The translations under genes and the position numbers were made by a program. A stretch of DNA of 63,790 nt, the filler included, from Hyphochytrium catenoides (Eukaryota > Protista > Hyphochytriomycota), in assembly GCA_900088475.1 (NCBI GenBank). It is 15 parts of 15 records of this genome, joined end to end, with 100 filler letters (N's around TTAATTAATTAA, not from the genome) between each part and the next. Parts side by side here need not be neighbours in the genome. Positions count along the whole stretch, not along the records: positions 34,290 to 48,567 come from FLMG01002285.1; positions 48,668 to 51,717 come from FLMG01001089.1; positions 51,818 to 53,851 come from FLMG01000955.1; positions 53,952 to 55,701 come from FLMG01001626.1; positions 55,802 to 59,155 come from FLMG01003069.1; 10 more parts are not named here. One strand, written 5' to 3'. Position 1 is the stretch's first letter. Every line of letters starts with the position of its first letter. Under the pieces are notes generated by a model. That model saw only the letters and a program-made list of their open reading frames with translations, did no database searches and had not been told where the DNA came from. Shown piece after piece: positions 45,659 through 58,592 of this stretch.

Positions 45659-46993
45659 TTATAATAAGCTTATAAGCTGAGGGCTTGCGGTAGAAGGCTG
45701 GAAAGGTGTGCTTGACTGCTGAGTAGTCTCCGTCAGCCGTCTGGCGACGCTCAGGGCCGCTCCTTTTGGGAAAGAATGACCGCAGGCGGCTAGACCGGCC
45801 TCTAACGCCTGAGGTAGAGAAAGAGACGGCAGATTTAAGTGTCAGCGCTTCTTCAGAACCTCACATTAGCAAGTGTATCGAAGAACTGAGCTCTGTCGCC
45901 CTTGGCTTACCTTCGCTAAGACAAGGATATGCTCCGGCTTCCTGGACGATGGTCCTAAGTGTCCTATTCTAAAGTACTCGCCCTTGATCTCTTTATGCAG
46001 ACCGCCGGCAATTATCGCGCCATTCTCCTTCACTTTGCCCAAGAACCGACCAGCATCCAGACCAGCGGGATAACGGATGCAACTAAGGGTGTTGGCCCTT
46101 GAGCCATGAGCAGCAACCTCGCTCAATCCGAGGATCTGTACCATCTCTTTGACGCAGTTAGCGGTTCTTCGATGCTCTGAGAAGCGTGCCTCCATTCCGC
46201 CGTGGCTAAGAAGGTTCTCTAAAGCTTGTCTGAGAGCAAAGATATGATTGACAGGCGGAGTGGCAAAGTAACTGGGCCGCATCTCTTCATACGCCCTCAT
46301 GATTGGCAGCCACTTGGACCAGCTGGCAAAATAAGCGGAAGGGCGGGTCTTTCTCTTCTCGAATGCTTGGAGCGCTCTCTCTCTCAGCATACAGAGAGAG
46401 AGACCCGCCACGACGCCGACGCACTTCTGTGAGCAGGTTAAAGTGAAGTCCACGTCCCATTCTGTCATCCTGAACTCTTCTCCTCCTAACGCACAGACGC
46501 CGTCCACGGCAATGACAGTGTCCGGTTGCTCTATATATAGAAAAGAATGTAGAAAAGAGGGTAAGGGTTTGGACAGAGATGCGAAGAGAGGGATAAGGGC
46601 AGAAGAGAGAGAGCAAGAGAAGAGAAGTTAAAGAAACGGGAAGAAGAGAAGTTAACGGAACGGGAGAAAGAGAACCAGGGACTGGAGGAGAGAGCCAACA
46701 GAGAGGGGGAGAGAGCCAACAGAGAGGGGAAGAGAGATGGAGAGAGAGAGAGACAGGGGGGAGAAAGAGAGAGAAACAGAAGAAACACCGGACCCAGATG
46801 GAAGGAAGAGTCCGCAGACAGGATCATGACGGATGTACCTCTTCTTATGAGCTTCACCGTCTCTTGAATGTCCATCAGCACGCCTGTGGAGGTGTCCACA
46901 TGTGTGATGGTCACAGCTTTGAACTGTCTCTCCCTCAAATGCCTGAGAATGTCCTCAGGACACACCGCAGANNNNNNNNNNNNNNNNNNNNNN

Positions 46994-47028
<35 letters not shown>

Positions 47029-47364
47029 GAGAGGGACGGAGGGAGGGAGGACCACGCACGCTCATCTGGCGTTTCTTTTCTCCTGACCTGTGTTAAGCAC
47101 CATCACTCTATCTCCTTTCTCTATCACATTCGCGGCGAAGAGGTCCCAGCCCAGACTTCCACTGCCAGAGACGACAAGCGGCTGCCCATCCGGAGAGAGA
47201 AAGACATCTCTCATCATCTTCAGACTCTCCCCAAAGGCCCTAATGGTCTCTGGGTCCACATGCGACGTGCCATGTCTGCTCATCTGCTTCAGGACATTCT
47301 GCTCGAACTCTACCGGGCCCGGAATCAGCAATAGCGGTCTCTGTGAGCTTGCCCTGGTCTCCAT
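45659..47364 (-). CDS. AGXT: Alanine:glyoxylate / serine:pyruvate aminotransferase (PLP class V)
   Basis: LLLIPGPVEF, SGSGSLGWD, THVDTSTGVL, VDGVCALGGEE, TCSQKCVG (PLP lysine), YFATPPV and FRIGHLG across four exons. The last exon reads ALEAGLAACG...QLISLL-stop. Confidence 0.95.
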
Positions 47365-47596
47365 AGTACTCTATGCGTGAGTCTCTCTCTCTCTCTCTCT
47401 CTCTTCTATCGCTAAATGATGGAGATGAAGCTTTGAGCTTTCGATTGTGATGAAGCCTCAGTGATGAGTCTTTTTCTCTCTCTCTTCGATAGTGGCAAGC
47501 TCTCTTCTCTAGTGGCAAGCTCTCTTCTCCGTTCTGTTTCGCAAGAGGATTGTGGCTGTAAGGAGCAACTAGAAGAAAGACACACAGTGTAGCAAG

Positions 47597-47645
<49 letters not shown>

Positions 47646-47794
47646 AGAAGAGACAGGCTGTCGTCGCCGAAGCGTCATATGGTGATGATCAAGGGAACAT
47701 CAGGAGGAAACAAACTCAGAAAAGGCAGTAGAACTTGATGGAGGAGAGGGGGAGAGGAGGAAAACAGCTGTTTAACAGAGTGTGTTGTGGGGAA

Positions 47795-47835
<41 letters not shown>

Positions 47836-47868
47836 CCGGGGGAAGAGGGGNNNNNNNNNNNNNNNNNN

Positions 47869-47910
<42 letters not shown>

Positions 47911-49699
47911 GAGGAGAGAGAGAGTGCGGGGCGGATGACACAGAGTGGGTGTATATATATATCTGTTGGGCCTTTTTTCTTCACAATGAACAAACATCAG
48001 AAAGCTAGGTCGGCGTACGATTAAGGTGTTAGAATGCCAAGAGGCCAGGTAGGCTGCTCATAGCGGTTAAGGTATGGACTGATTGGCCCAAGATAGGTAC
48101 TAACAACGTAGCGCCCACCCATCCTGCAGGAAATTTCTTGCCGTGCGTGGCATTTGATTGAGTGGGTGGGGAGCAGAGAGGTCATTTGCTTGATCAAATT
48201 CTTATGGCTGGAAACATTCCCGTCAGATTTCGTGAGATTATGTAAGGACCAGCGTAATTTTATAGGCTTTAATGAGAAACATTGTCCATGGAAGGTTAAT
48301 GAATTATTCATTTACCGATCAGAATCCACCGGTGATGTCCTGTCTCCACTCTGACTCTCTCCTACCAGATGGTCACAGTTATTTAGAATGATAATACAGA
48401 TCATTCACTATTAGAACAGTTGTAGAGTTGGTATCACGAATCCCCATATGGTAGACTTTGGTGTATTGAACTCAATCCGCTAACGGTCACCTGGGAGATG
48501 AAAAGGATCTGATTGATGGATCTTTGGGCTCCTCCTAGCTTGTCACTCCGGTCTCTCTCTCTCTCTCNNNNNNNNNNNNNNNNNNNNNNNNNNNNNNNNN
48601 NNNNNNNNNNNTTAATTAATTAANNNNNNNNNNNNNNNNNNNNNNNNNNNNNNNNNNNNNNNNNNNNATCGCCCCTTGGGAACTAACAGAACGAAATATT
48701 GACTTGAAAATAGCAGCTTGGTACTTTTATACCCCGCGGGGTGTGCGGCAATATTCAGTGAAAAGTACAACAGGTTTTCGCCCCTATCCATCACCGCTGC
48801 TTCTCCTTTGGAACCGACCAGAAGTGCCGCTCGCTTACTATTCAGCTGCGGCCACCTTTCTACAATATGGCAGACAGCAGCAGCATGCAGCTTGGATGAA
48901 GAGGAAAGGAGAAACCCCACGAATACTTTATACGGAGTAATCATTAGGCTACTGATAATGAAGCTTTCCAGCAGAGGAACCAACAGCAGCCTAACAGACC
49001 AGGAGCGGAGCTTTTGTCTTGAGAGAGGGAGGAAGAAAGCGTGAGAGAGAGAAGAGGAAAGAGAGAGTGGAAGGAGAGAGAAAAGAGAGAATTAATAAGG
49101 TGACGGGAGAGAGAAAGAGGGAGATGAAGAGAGAGAGAAGGAGAAGAGAGAGAGCAAGAAGAAAAAGAAGAGGAGGACAGAAGCGGACCAAAGGGCTGCT
49201 GTGCAAGCATCAAAAGGCTTGCCAACAATCATGGGTAGTGCTTGCAACCACGCTCCTGTGCCTGGTTACCGTTAGGGTTAGGAGAGAGAGAGAGAGGAGA
49301 GAGAGAAAGAAGGGGAGAGAGGGGGAGAAGTGCAAGAAAAAGGAGAGAAGGTGGGGCGTGTGAGACAGTATCAAAGAGAGAGAGAACGATAGAGAGAAGA
49401 GAGATGAAGAAGTGTGAGGGCAGCGAGAAAAGAAGAGGACTTAGCAAAATGGGACTGAGCGGAAATGAGGAGAAGAGGCACAGATCTAGTGATATTTCTG
49501 GTCACTAAAGGGCCACCTTTGACTCCTAGCTCCTTTCTTTTAGCCCGCTAGCTCTTGTTGGTGGGACGGGCAGTGTCGGGTGGCGGTTACTAGGAGCAAT
49601 AAGGCGAGATGAAGAATTTCTTTTAGAGAAGGTGAACTTCTGGTGCTGCGGCGAAAACACCGGCGGCGTTCCAGCGAATTATGTCCTCGCCTCTCCTCT

Positions 49700-51700
49700 T
49701 CTTTCTCTTTCTTTTCTTCTTCCCCCTGCTGCTCGTACGTATTGCTATCGAGGTCCACCTCTTCTTCTTAGGCTTCTTGTTGCTTGCTTTCTAAGCTCTC
49801 CTCTGCGTAATACTCTATTGCTGGGTGCCCGCTTAGTCTGCTTTTCATAGAGATGGAGGTATTGTGCAGCACACATGGAAAAGCGTAGCTTATCAATAGT
49901 GGCCACCCCCAACTCCCTTCTTCGCTCAGCCATCAGAGTTTTCTTCAAAAGTGGCTCACCTATTCCTTTCGGAAGCACCGCCGCATCCGCTCTGAAGCCC
50001 ATTACATCTTTTGCATTCTTCCTCTTCCCGTCTAAGAAGCAGCCTCAATAAAGCTTTCACGAGTAGCCTTCCGCTCGCGTTCTTGTTGTCCTCTCATCTT
50101 TTAGCCGGCACCCCAACTTGTATCTCTTTTATGAATGTATATTCTCTCTCTTCTGTTTATTTACCATCTGACGCGTTTGGTCCTGCCTGCTGCGGTCGAC
50201 ACTGTAATGAGCAGCAGACTCTAGAGGAAACAAAACCGGGAGTCAATATAGCCTTACACGACTCTCAGTTCTAATGGTAAGCTGTCCAGGATGGCCGTCT
50301 TATTGCAGCATCCTATTATCGATTACTCTTGTTTGCCCATTCTCTATTGTCTTTCTCTTTCCTTTCCTCACTCTGCCGTATTTCTCTCGAATTCAGCATC
50401 TCCTTTAGATCCTTCGTTTCAGGCTTGCTCTCCCTCTTTCTCTCTTTTTGTTTGTCTTCAATTTTCTGCAAGTAACTCTCCCCTTCTCCCTCTCTCTGTC
50501 TATTCAATATTCTCCCCTTTTCCCGTTCTCCCGTTCTCCTGTTTCTGCTATTCTCTTCGGTCAGGCTTTTGCCTGCCTCCGCTGCTCTCTCTCTCTCTCT
50601 CTTCCTGTCCGGTAATAACCCCTCTGTCCTCTTAATCTCTCTGCCTTTTGCATCTTCACATTTAGGTATAAAGAGCTCATTAGTACGCCGTCTGGGCCGT
50701 CCTCTATGCTTCCTCCCCAAGTTTTCTCCTTTTCATGCAATACTTTCCCCTCGTTTATTGGACTGAAAAACAGCAAACAGTATAGAGATTCTCCATTCTA
50801 TCCGGCATCTGCCTCTCTCCTACTTGCCCACTCTTCTATTCTCCTAGCCAAGTATAAAGCGGCGGCCCTCTTGCTCTCTTTTTGAGTTAGCTAAAAAGGC
50901 TCTTTATTGTTCGCGCTTTCTTGGAAAGCCCCCACACTACTGTTTCAGTGCGTGTTAACTCTTCCTCTGATTAGCTCTTCCTCTAACGCTCTCTCAGATT
51001 GTCTCCACGTCTACATTCTCCTTTCCTTGTTGCCTTCGTTTCGTGTGTCTCTGTTGCCTTAGTGGCTAGGATATCTATTTCTCTCCCATTTTCCTGACAG
51101 GCTTCTCGGCCCCCCATCCTTCTTTCCTTCTTCTTGCAATGGTCGCCTTATTATGAATGAATGGGTTAATTGATACCTACTTGTTGCCACCGCCGCTCCC
51201 GGTTGCTTCTGCTTTATTTGGTCTCTTCCCTCCATCAGTCGCACTCCCTATCTTTTCTACTACTCTCTCTCTGGCGATACTCGGGGCTGCTCATCTTCTC
51301 AGGTCTGCTGTAACAACCGTTTTCCACCTCCCCCTTTCTATCTGCCAAGTCCTCCCTCATTATCTCTCTGTCTTTCCTTCTCCTTCTTAATTTTCTCTCT
51401 ATCTTCTTAATATACCTTTCAACGCCAAGACTTCAGCTTCCTACTGCCAGTTCTCTCCCTCTGCTATTTCCAGCAAGTGTCTGTTAACCAATTTCTAAGT
51501 AGCAGCTTTCCTTCCTTTTTTGGCCTGAGCGTCAACGTCTAGCTAATTCTAGCGCTTCTCTATCACCTCATTGCTTCTTTTTCTTCTATCGGCTTTCTCT
51601 TCCATAGCACTCTTTCTCTCTCATGTCTCGTGTTTACGTTAGACGTTTCTATAAGTACTTAATATTCTTCAGTCCCTATTATTGCTAAATGTTGTCTCTC
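49700..51700 (-). mobile_element. Possible highly decayed non-LTR (LINE-like) retroelement relic
   Basis: Only scattered motif-like peptides (GPDGVL, LARRIEEWA, RRELG) amid many stops, and not clearly in canonical order. Confidence 0.22.
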
Positions 51701-52499
51701 TCTTTGTCTCTTCGTTCNNNNNNNNNNNNNNNNNNNNNNNNNNNNNNNNNNNNNNNNNNNNTTAATTAATTAANNNNNNNNNNNNNNNNNNNNNNNNNNN
51801 NNNNNNNNNNNNNNNNNAAAAGTACGGTGTACTTGTACAAATTAATCCTGCCGGTCAAGGCTGGATTACCCCTATCTAAAAGGGCGAGCCCTCAGGCTTG
51901 CCTGCTGTATTGATATGAGGTTACAACACAAATTCGCGTAGAAGCACGCGATATGTCTCGGTTTATAGTGTTACGTCTCGCGTTACAAATTCGATTTATG
52001 TTCATAGAAACCCTTTCGCTCCTGCTCTGACCCCCTTTCTATCTCCAAAGTACACAAAGAATGATTCAAACCCAAAGAAAAAGCCCAAAAAGTGATTAGT
52101 AAAATCCAAATAGTGAAATTTTGATCACAAACACACACACACAGACACACAGACAACACAAAAAAATCCATTTGTGCTGAAGCTCCTGTGGGTTGAAATT
52201 GAGGCTCACCCTTCGGGCTCGCAACCAAAGGGACTTGATGATGATCATCTGTGAATTGACTCAAATGAATGTCTCTCTTGGTGCTCTGCTGCTCCAATCT
52301 GCGCCTCGTTCCATCCTCCTCCTAACAACGTCCTTTTGCTCAAAAGAAGAGGTCAGGGAATTCTCCTCAAATCTCTCTTCACCCATAACACAGTTTATAC
52401 AGGTAACGACTATGCCTCTGAGAGCTAGGTGTGTATAGAGAGTGATTACTGACAACTGGCATTGTACCCTGTCTGCATGTTTGGATCCTGTGCACAGAG

Positions 52500-52745
52500 A
52501 GCTGTACAAAGAAGGATTCTAAGACAGCAAAAGCACCCCCACTATATGTCAAATGCCAAGACCAAAGTCCAAATACGTCGATGTCGAACATTGTGTAATC
52601 CGCGACAAAGTCAACCGCAATGTCCTAAGGATCACCTACTGTCCGTCCAATGACATGACCGCTGATATCCTCACCAAGGCACTACCGATTCCACTGTTCC
52701 AAGCCTTGCTCCCTCAGCTAGGAATAGTACCCAACATACCCACCA
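52500..52745 (+). mobile_element. Ty1/copia RNase H C-terminal fragment
   Basis: KSKYVDVEHCVIRDKV...ITYCPSNDMTADILTKAL...LGI matches the copia KHID...ADILTK motifs. Confidence 0.9.
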
Positions 52746-52749
52746 TATG

Positions 52750-53061
52750 TGTTGGATTTGTGTGAGATGATTGGACAATGTCATTAGTTGAGAGTGCTCT
52801 ACTTATAATCCCAACAACCTAGAGCTGTTCTGACTATGCCAACTATTCCTAATAAACCGTAAGATATCAGTCATAGAGAAACCCCGGCCTCGAAAAGTCA
52901 CTCTTGAAGGTCTTCCGGGGTACTTACCATAAGCCATAGATATAAACAGGGAGATTTCGTTTGCTTCCTATCTCGGCTTCTACTGGGAGTTTGGAGCTGA
53001 AACCTGGGTAGTTAAGCGTGCCAGCTTGTAGTCCACATAGCTGTGCCCTCAGACTCCAACA
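52750..53061 (-). repeat. Solo LTR family A inserted in the copia 3' UTR
   Basis: TGTTG...CAACA, reverse complement of the 3432 repeat. Flanks ATATG / ATTTG match 4 of 5, consistent with a decayed 5-bp TSD. Confidence 0.88.
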
Positions 53062-53135
53062 ATTTGATCACTCCCTATCTCAGAATCGAACCCCTCGATC
53101 TCTCTTGCCTACAGACGTTTGGAACTGCGGGGAGA

Positions 53136-53427
53136 TGTTGAAGTGCGGACTATCTGAGTCTTATTTTATAGGACTAAGATGTACCAGACCAACTGTACAA
53201 GTTACAGTCCCAAACTCCAAGTAGAAGCAGAGTATGAAGGAAGAAGTGGACTCTAATGTTAACTACGGCTTATTACTAGGAGAGAACCGGTACTCTCTGA
53301 TAGGAATACGTCTCAGTAGTATTCAGGATCCTAAATCCGGTAGGGTCCCTCAATCTAGAGACTACCCTTTCTGGCTTATAAGCCGAGCAGAACTCAATGT
53401 TATTGGCTCAAATCCCATACATCAAAA
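53136..53427 (+). repeat. 3' LTR (family B) of the copia element, preceded by a PPT
   Basis: CTGCGGGGAGA followed by TGTTGAAGT; homologous to 3063-3269. End is approximate (cccatacatcaaaa). Confidence 0.72.
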
Positions 53428-53803
53428 GGCGTATAGGTGACGGATTTGAAGATAGGGGTGACATTACCAGTGGCGAATGCTCCTACGCGCATAGATTCTG
53501 ACCTTTGGGGAATTATGTATTAGCCTTTCCGCCTGAAGTGATGACGGTGCGCTCAACAGATAGGAAAAGGAGTTTTCATCAAAAATGCTGATAATAAATG
53601 GGTTCTCTTGGTAACTTTTACAATAATAATGAGGAATTGTCATGGTTTTGACGGCCTACCTAGGCTTACATAGAGTTATACAGTCCCAGCTCTGCCAACA
53701 ACAATGACAGGCCATTCCAGATAGCTAATGACAGGTCATTCCAGATAGCTCACAGTGGTGCTGCTGGGAGCGAAAGAACAAGGGAAAGAACGGCAGTTCT
53801 TCA

Positions 53804-53851
53804 TGTTGAACTGTGATCGACGCTGAAACCAAAAAGTGTACAGCGGACGAC
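53804..53851 (+). repeat. Partial LTR-C (5' end) at contig edge
   Basis: TGTTGAACTGTGATCGACGCTGAAACCAAAAAGTGTACAGCGGACGAC matches the start of the 5870 LTR. Confidence 0.9.
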
Positions 53852-56293
53852 NNNNNNNNNNNNNNNNNNNNNNNNNNNNNNNNNNNNNNNNNNNNTTAAT
53901 TAATTAANNNNNNNNNNNNNNNNNNNNNNNNNNNNNNNNNNNNNNNNNNNNCGTCGATGTGAAGAGCCAAAGAGAGAGAGAGACAAACAGAGAGACAGAG
54001 GGGAACTGGCTATTGTGGTAACAGTTGAGGATACACACAGGTAACAGACGACGACGGTAGGCTAAGTGAAATCGGGAGGTTACGGAAGAGCCAAGAAAGG
54101 AGAAACAGAGGAGAGACAGAACACTACGGAGGGCGGAGGAAGAGACTATATTGTCAACTGGCACGTTGAAGTGTTGACAGAAGGAAGCAAAGAAGGGGNN
54201 NNNNNNNNNNNNNAGCAAACGTCCCCACTTAGAGAGGAAAGATTGTGCATCAAAGATACAGTGGTAGACTCTCCTGCTCTGACCAACTCTCCGAGATCAA
54301 TGAGAGTTGAGCCTGGACCGGAAAGAAGAGAAACATGTTAAGCAGAGAAAAAGAGGCCCAAAAGCGAAAAGCATACCCAAGGCAAGCTCCTCCTTGCCAT
54401 TCCTAGAGAATAGTTCCACTGCCACGGCAGGCGGTTGGCTACTATCGATGTGTCTAAGAGCGAGTTCACAAGGGTTAACTTCTCCCTGCGTATTGGGCAG
54501 CATGCTCTCTACGGCTTCTCCATAAGGTTGAAGGGTGAATCGCACCTAGGAAGGAAATAGATTGGAGTCTTTAGTATCTACCAAGAGCGCTCCAGAAGAG
54601 AAGAGACGAGATGGCTCGCTGCAGATTCAAGTAGAGGAGGGGAACGAGGCAGTAGCAATGGTGGTAAGCGCAATAACATGCTTTCCACAAAGAACGGTTT
54701 TGGGTCGTGTTTCATAGACAGAGAAGGTTCATTAGTCCCACCAGGGCATCTTGAAGAATGGTGGGAGCTATCTGCTTTGCCTGGACCCCTGCGACCTGGC
54801 ATAGGATGACCCCGGTTGGGTACTTGCCTCGGTCCTTGGACCGTGATCTAAAGAGCTCATCCAACTGGAAAGAAAATATGGACTCAAGCACGTTTTCCCC
54901 TTCCCCCGGCTTATCCGTTGGCTGAGAAGCCCTTGGAGAGTCTTTTTTGCCACCGAAAGTATCGAGAAAGCTTTTGGACGACGGCTGTAGGGAAAGCTGT
55001 CAGCTCCAGAAGGGCATCAGAGGTCCACTGTGTTCCTACCTCATGGACTACTGGGGTCTTCTTTCGTGGCGAGACTGGTATTCCTAAAAAGAAGGTGTAG
55101 ATGAATGGCTTGACAATCTATAAATTAGTATTCTGTACGTACGTTGGGAGCTGTCCGTAGGCTCAGTCATCGTTCCACCAGTTAGGTCAAGCTTCACGGA
55201 ATATTCAGAGTCTCTGCAGCAACCACATTCGGGTCACAGAAGATCTTTCCTATCATTCAAAGCCAGGAAGACGGGAACAAGGATCGCTGAGCAGCACCGT
55301 GGACCTGAGACGGAAGGTGTCGCCTGGCACCTGCGCTAGACCTGCAGAAGGCAGGCCGAGAAGACATCCGACAGAGAGATTCGCCAACCCGTTGAGCAGC
55401 CTCTTGCAGCTCTGCAGCCGCTACTGCTAGACAAAGATGAACAGTTAGCCCAATGTTCCTGATATGACTAACCGAATTATCAACCCTCACTCTTCTATTG
55501 AGAATATACTCTATGCACCAATGAAAAATGTCTTAATCTTGTAACGTCTCGACCTGCTGTGAAGGACCTACCTTGAGCACATAGATTCGTTAAGAAGTAG
55601 AGCTGCCGCTGGCTCGGCACTGAGAGGGAGCTGATAGGCTCGTGGGATTCTGATGTCTGTTCTGTCGGACTAAGCTATAACTGGGGCTAACTTAGTCCAA
55701 CNNNNNNNNNNNNNNNNNNNNNNNNNNNNNNNNNNNNNNNNNNNNTTAATTAATTAANNNNNNNNNNNNNNNNNNNNNNNNNNNNNNNNNNNNNNNNNNN
55801 NGGTGGCAAGCTTTGCGCGCTTGCGCTGGTTGAACAGCTGGTGTCCGCTTGGAGTGTTCTCTGGAGCAACATTCTCAGCTTGCTCTTGAATATAGACACC
55901 GAATTCTTTGCGAGCTGCCATTGTTATGATGATACTCAGACTGTGTTCATCTCTGCGTCTTGCTGTTGCTTCAAAGGGGTTGCTTCCTTGTTGCTTGTTG
56001 AGAGAAAATTGGAATGTGACGATTGACGATAATAATGGATTGACCTCTGCTGAAGACTGAAGACACGACGAGTTCTCTCTCCTGACTGTACAGTTGTAGA
56101 ATTAGAGTGTAGAGTAGTCCAGTGTAGAATCTGCATGTGCTACGAAGTGCTTCTACGAGTACTCTCCTTACTTACTTTGTCATTATTATTGATGAAAGAT
56201 ACTTTTATTTATAGTTACTAGTTGGAGAAACTAATAAGGGAGTAACTACATACTAGACTGTATGCATAGGCTACTGTCGTCTACTACCACCAC

Positions 56294-56839
56294 CTAGTAA
56301 TAAAATACTACAGAAGATCTCCCACAACAACCCCAGGAAGCTGACCCAAGACGCAGGACCGCCGCATTCTCAAGATGCGCAGGCATGGCCATTCGATGGA
56401 AGGCCATCTCTGCATTGCAACGTTGCAAGAGGACAGAGATTCGTCTGTAGGCGGTGGCAGTGAGACGTGAGAGAGGAAGACCTACACTCCCACACCTGTC
56501 AAAGATAGCCCTAAGCCATTCTTTCAGGGTCGAATGAACGGTATCCATTGCCCCGCCAAAGGATTCCCACATAGCCTTGCTCCTTACATTCCTCGGNNNN
56601 NNNNNNNNNNNNNNNNNNNNNNNNNNNNNNNNNNNNNNNNNNNNNNNNNNNNNNNNNNAGTCGGAGACAGTAACGTCAAAGAGCGTGCAGACTCTTTGAG
56701 GCTCAAATCTCTCAATGGCCAGGTCACCTGGGCGATGACAATTCGGTAATACCCTGTCGTGAGTTGTACTGTAGGAGAAGCACACTTCACAGGGCAGCTC
56801 TGATAGTTCTACAGACGCACCGAGGGCGTGCTCGAGCAC
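56294..56839 (-). mobile_element. C-terminal restriction-like endonuclease domain of a CRE/SLACS-type non-LTR retrotransposon (relic)
   Basis: RPGDL...DVTV...ESFGG...RRISVLLQRCNA matches the RLE-domain pattern RPxD..DVTV..E..G..S..LQ.GNA. Confidence 0.7.
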
Positions 56840-57568
56840 TCAGGAAAAGTGAGATATCTTAGCATGGTCCGTCTGTAAAGTCAATGGCATGACTTTTACG
56901 ACGAGCATTTAAAGTCGCTACTATTTGGACGCCGGAGCGATAAATGAGCATATTATAGACAAAGAGGCCACAGGAGTAGCGCCAATGCTAAGACGTCAAA
57001 GGATACACCAGGCTGACCTTGTCCATCCCCTTCTAGGTACCTGGTAGCAGAGTTGGTGACAGAAGGGGTGTGACGCAGAAGAATCACCCCAACGAGATAA
57101 ATGCTTAGAGCAAAGTGAGAGGAGAAAAGAGAGCGAGCAGCAGCCGGGGATGATTGTCCTGCACTAGTGGAAAGAAGTAGCATGCCTCCAAGTACACCGC
57201 TTACAGCCCCCTCCCCTGCAGCAAAGCCAACAAACACACACGAATAAGAAGCAGGCAAGCAAGATGCAGCCGTGTGAGGGTCCATCGGCTCCAAGCGTGT
57301 CTTTCTCACAGTCTTCTCACCGCTGTGGCGACTGAACAAAAGTCACATTATTAGGACGGACTATCGAATGAATTATTGAAGGCAGTGACAAAACGACGGT
57401 GCGTCCTCTCTTATCTCATTCTTGTCTCTCTGCATCTGCAGAGAACTAGACGACGACATCATCCATCATTAAGTACTCAAGAAGAGTAGAGGAGGTAAGC
57501 TGTTAGGCCTCCTTCACCATTCAGTGATAGAATTTCGGCTTGGTGCACTGGCTGATCATCACAGCAGC

Positions 57569-58592
57569 TCAAGACACTGCCGACCTGAGTGTTGTTGTTG
57601 TTGGCTGGAAGATTGTAAAATTCAACGGGGAGTAGAGTTGAATAGACGCTTGAGCGCGGTGAAAAAGTTGTGGATAACAATCCTCATTCCTACTCCTCGC
57701 AATAGGCGANNNNNNNNNNNNNNNNNNNATGAGTTTTCGGCTTTCAGCAAGAATTGGATCGCGTTCACCTCTGGACAGTGGCTCAGCCCAGCCGTAGCTG
57801 ATAGTAACAGAATAGATCCGCATCTCGTCGTCCAAAGATGCTGCATTTACTCGATTCTCAGCAGCATCGGCGAACGGGGCTTGATCAATAGTAATAATCA
57901 AGAGCACCACGAACTGAGGGAGAACGCCCAGCCTGGATACAAGCTTCGCCATAGCCACCACGGGAATTACTTCACCGGCGTTTGACGTCAAGAATAATCT
58001 TGCCGGGCCCGTTCTACGGGAGATCTCACGACCTTCAACTCCACTTTGAATCTCCTCTTCTATTGTCGTGAAGAATTCCTTGGTAACGGCAGAACCTTGC
58101 CTCGCATTCTCTCGATCTTCAAGCGTCGCTCGCTCCGTCAACGTCGTCGTCCCGGTCGAGTCTTCCATATTCCCATGGCAGACAGAATGATCGTAGCGGG
58201 AAGTAATGGAAACCACCCGCTATCAGGTACCTTGAGATAGTTGGGAGATACAGAGAGTCCATCAATGGTGCCCTGAATGAGGAACATCACAATGCAAAGT
58301 GCCCAACAAGGATAGNNNNNNNNNNNNNNNNNNNNNNNNNNNNNNNNNNNNNNNNNNNNNNNNNNNNNNGCTGCTAGCCTTGCGGACGTTCGAAAGACCA
58401 ACACCTGGACTGAACAGAGGACACAGAGCAAAGTTGATGGTGCCGATGTGGACCTGCTGTCCTTTCTGATGCTGACTAACTCGTTTGGACCACGCTGAGC
58501 TTCGGGATGATTTGGAACGGTGATGCTTGTGACATGAGAGTAAAGGCGGCACCAGTGATGAGAACCTGTGAGGCGACGACGGTAGCGAGAGT
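57569..58592 (-). pseudogene. KUP: KUP/HAK/KT potassium transporter, frameshifted fragment
   Basis: ATVVASQVLITGAAFTL...IIPKLSVVQTS*, GQQVHIGTINF, LKVPDSGWFPLL...MGIW and LFLTSN...VLPQFVVLLII...YGWAE lie in different frames, with an internal stop. Confidence 0.75.

Noticed and set aside
45659-45670. C-terminal SLL of AGXT as a peroxisomal targeting signal
   Set aside because: It is a non-canonical tripeptide without basic upstream context and cannot be supported from sequence alone.
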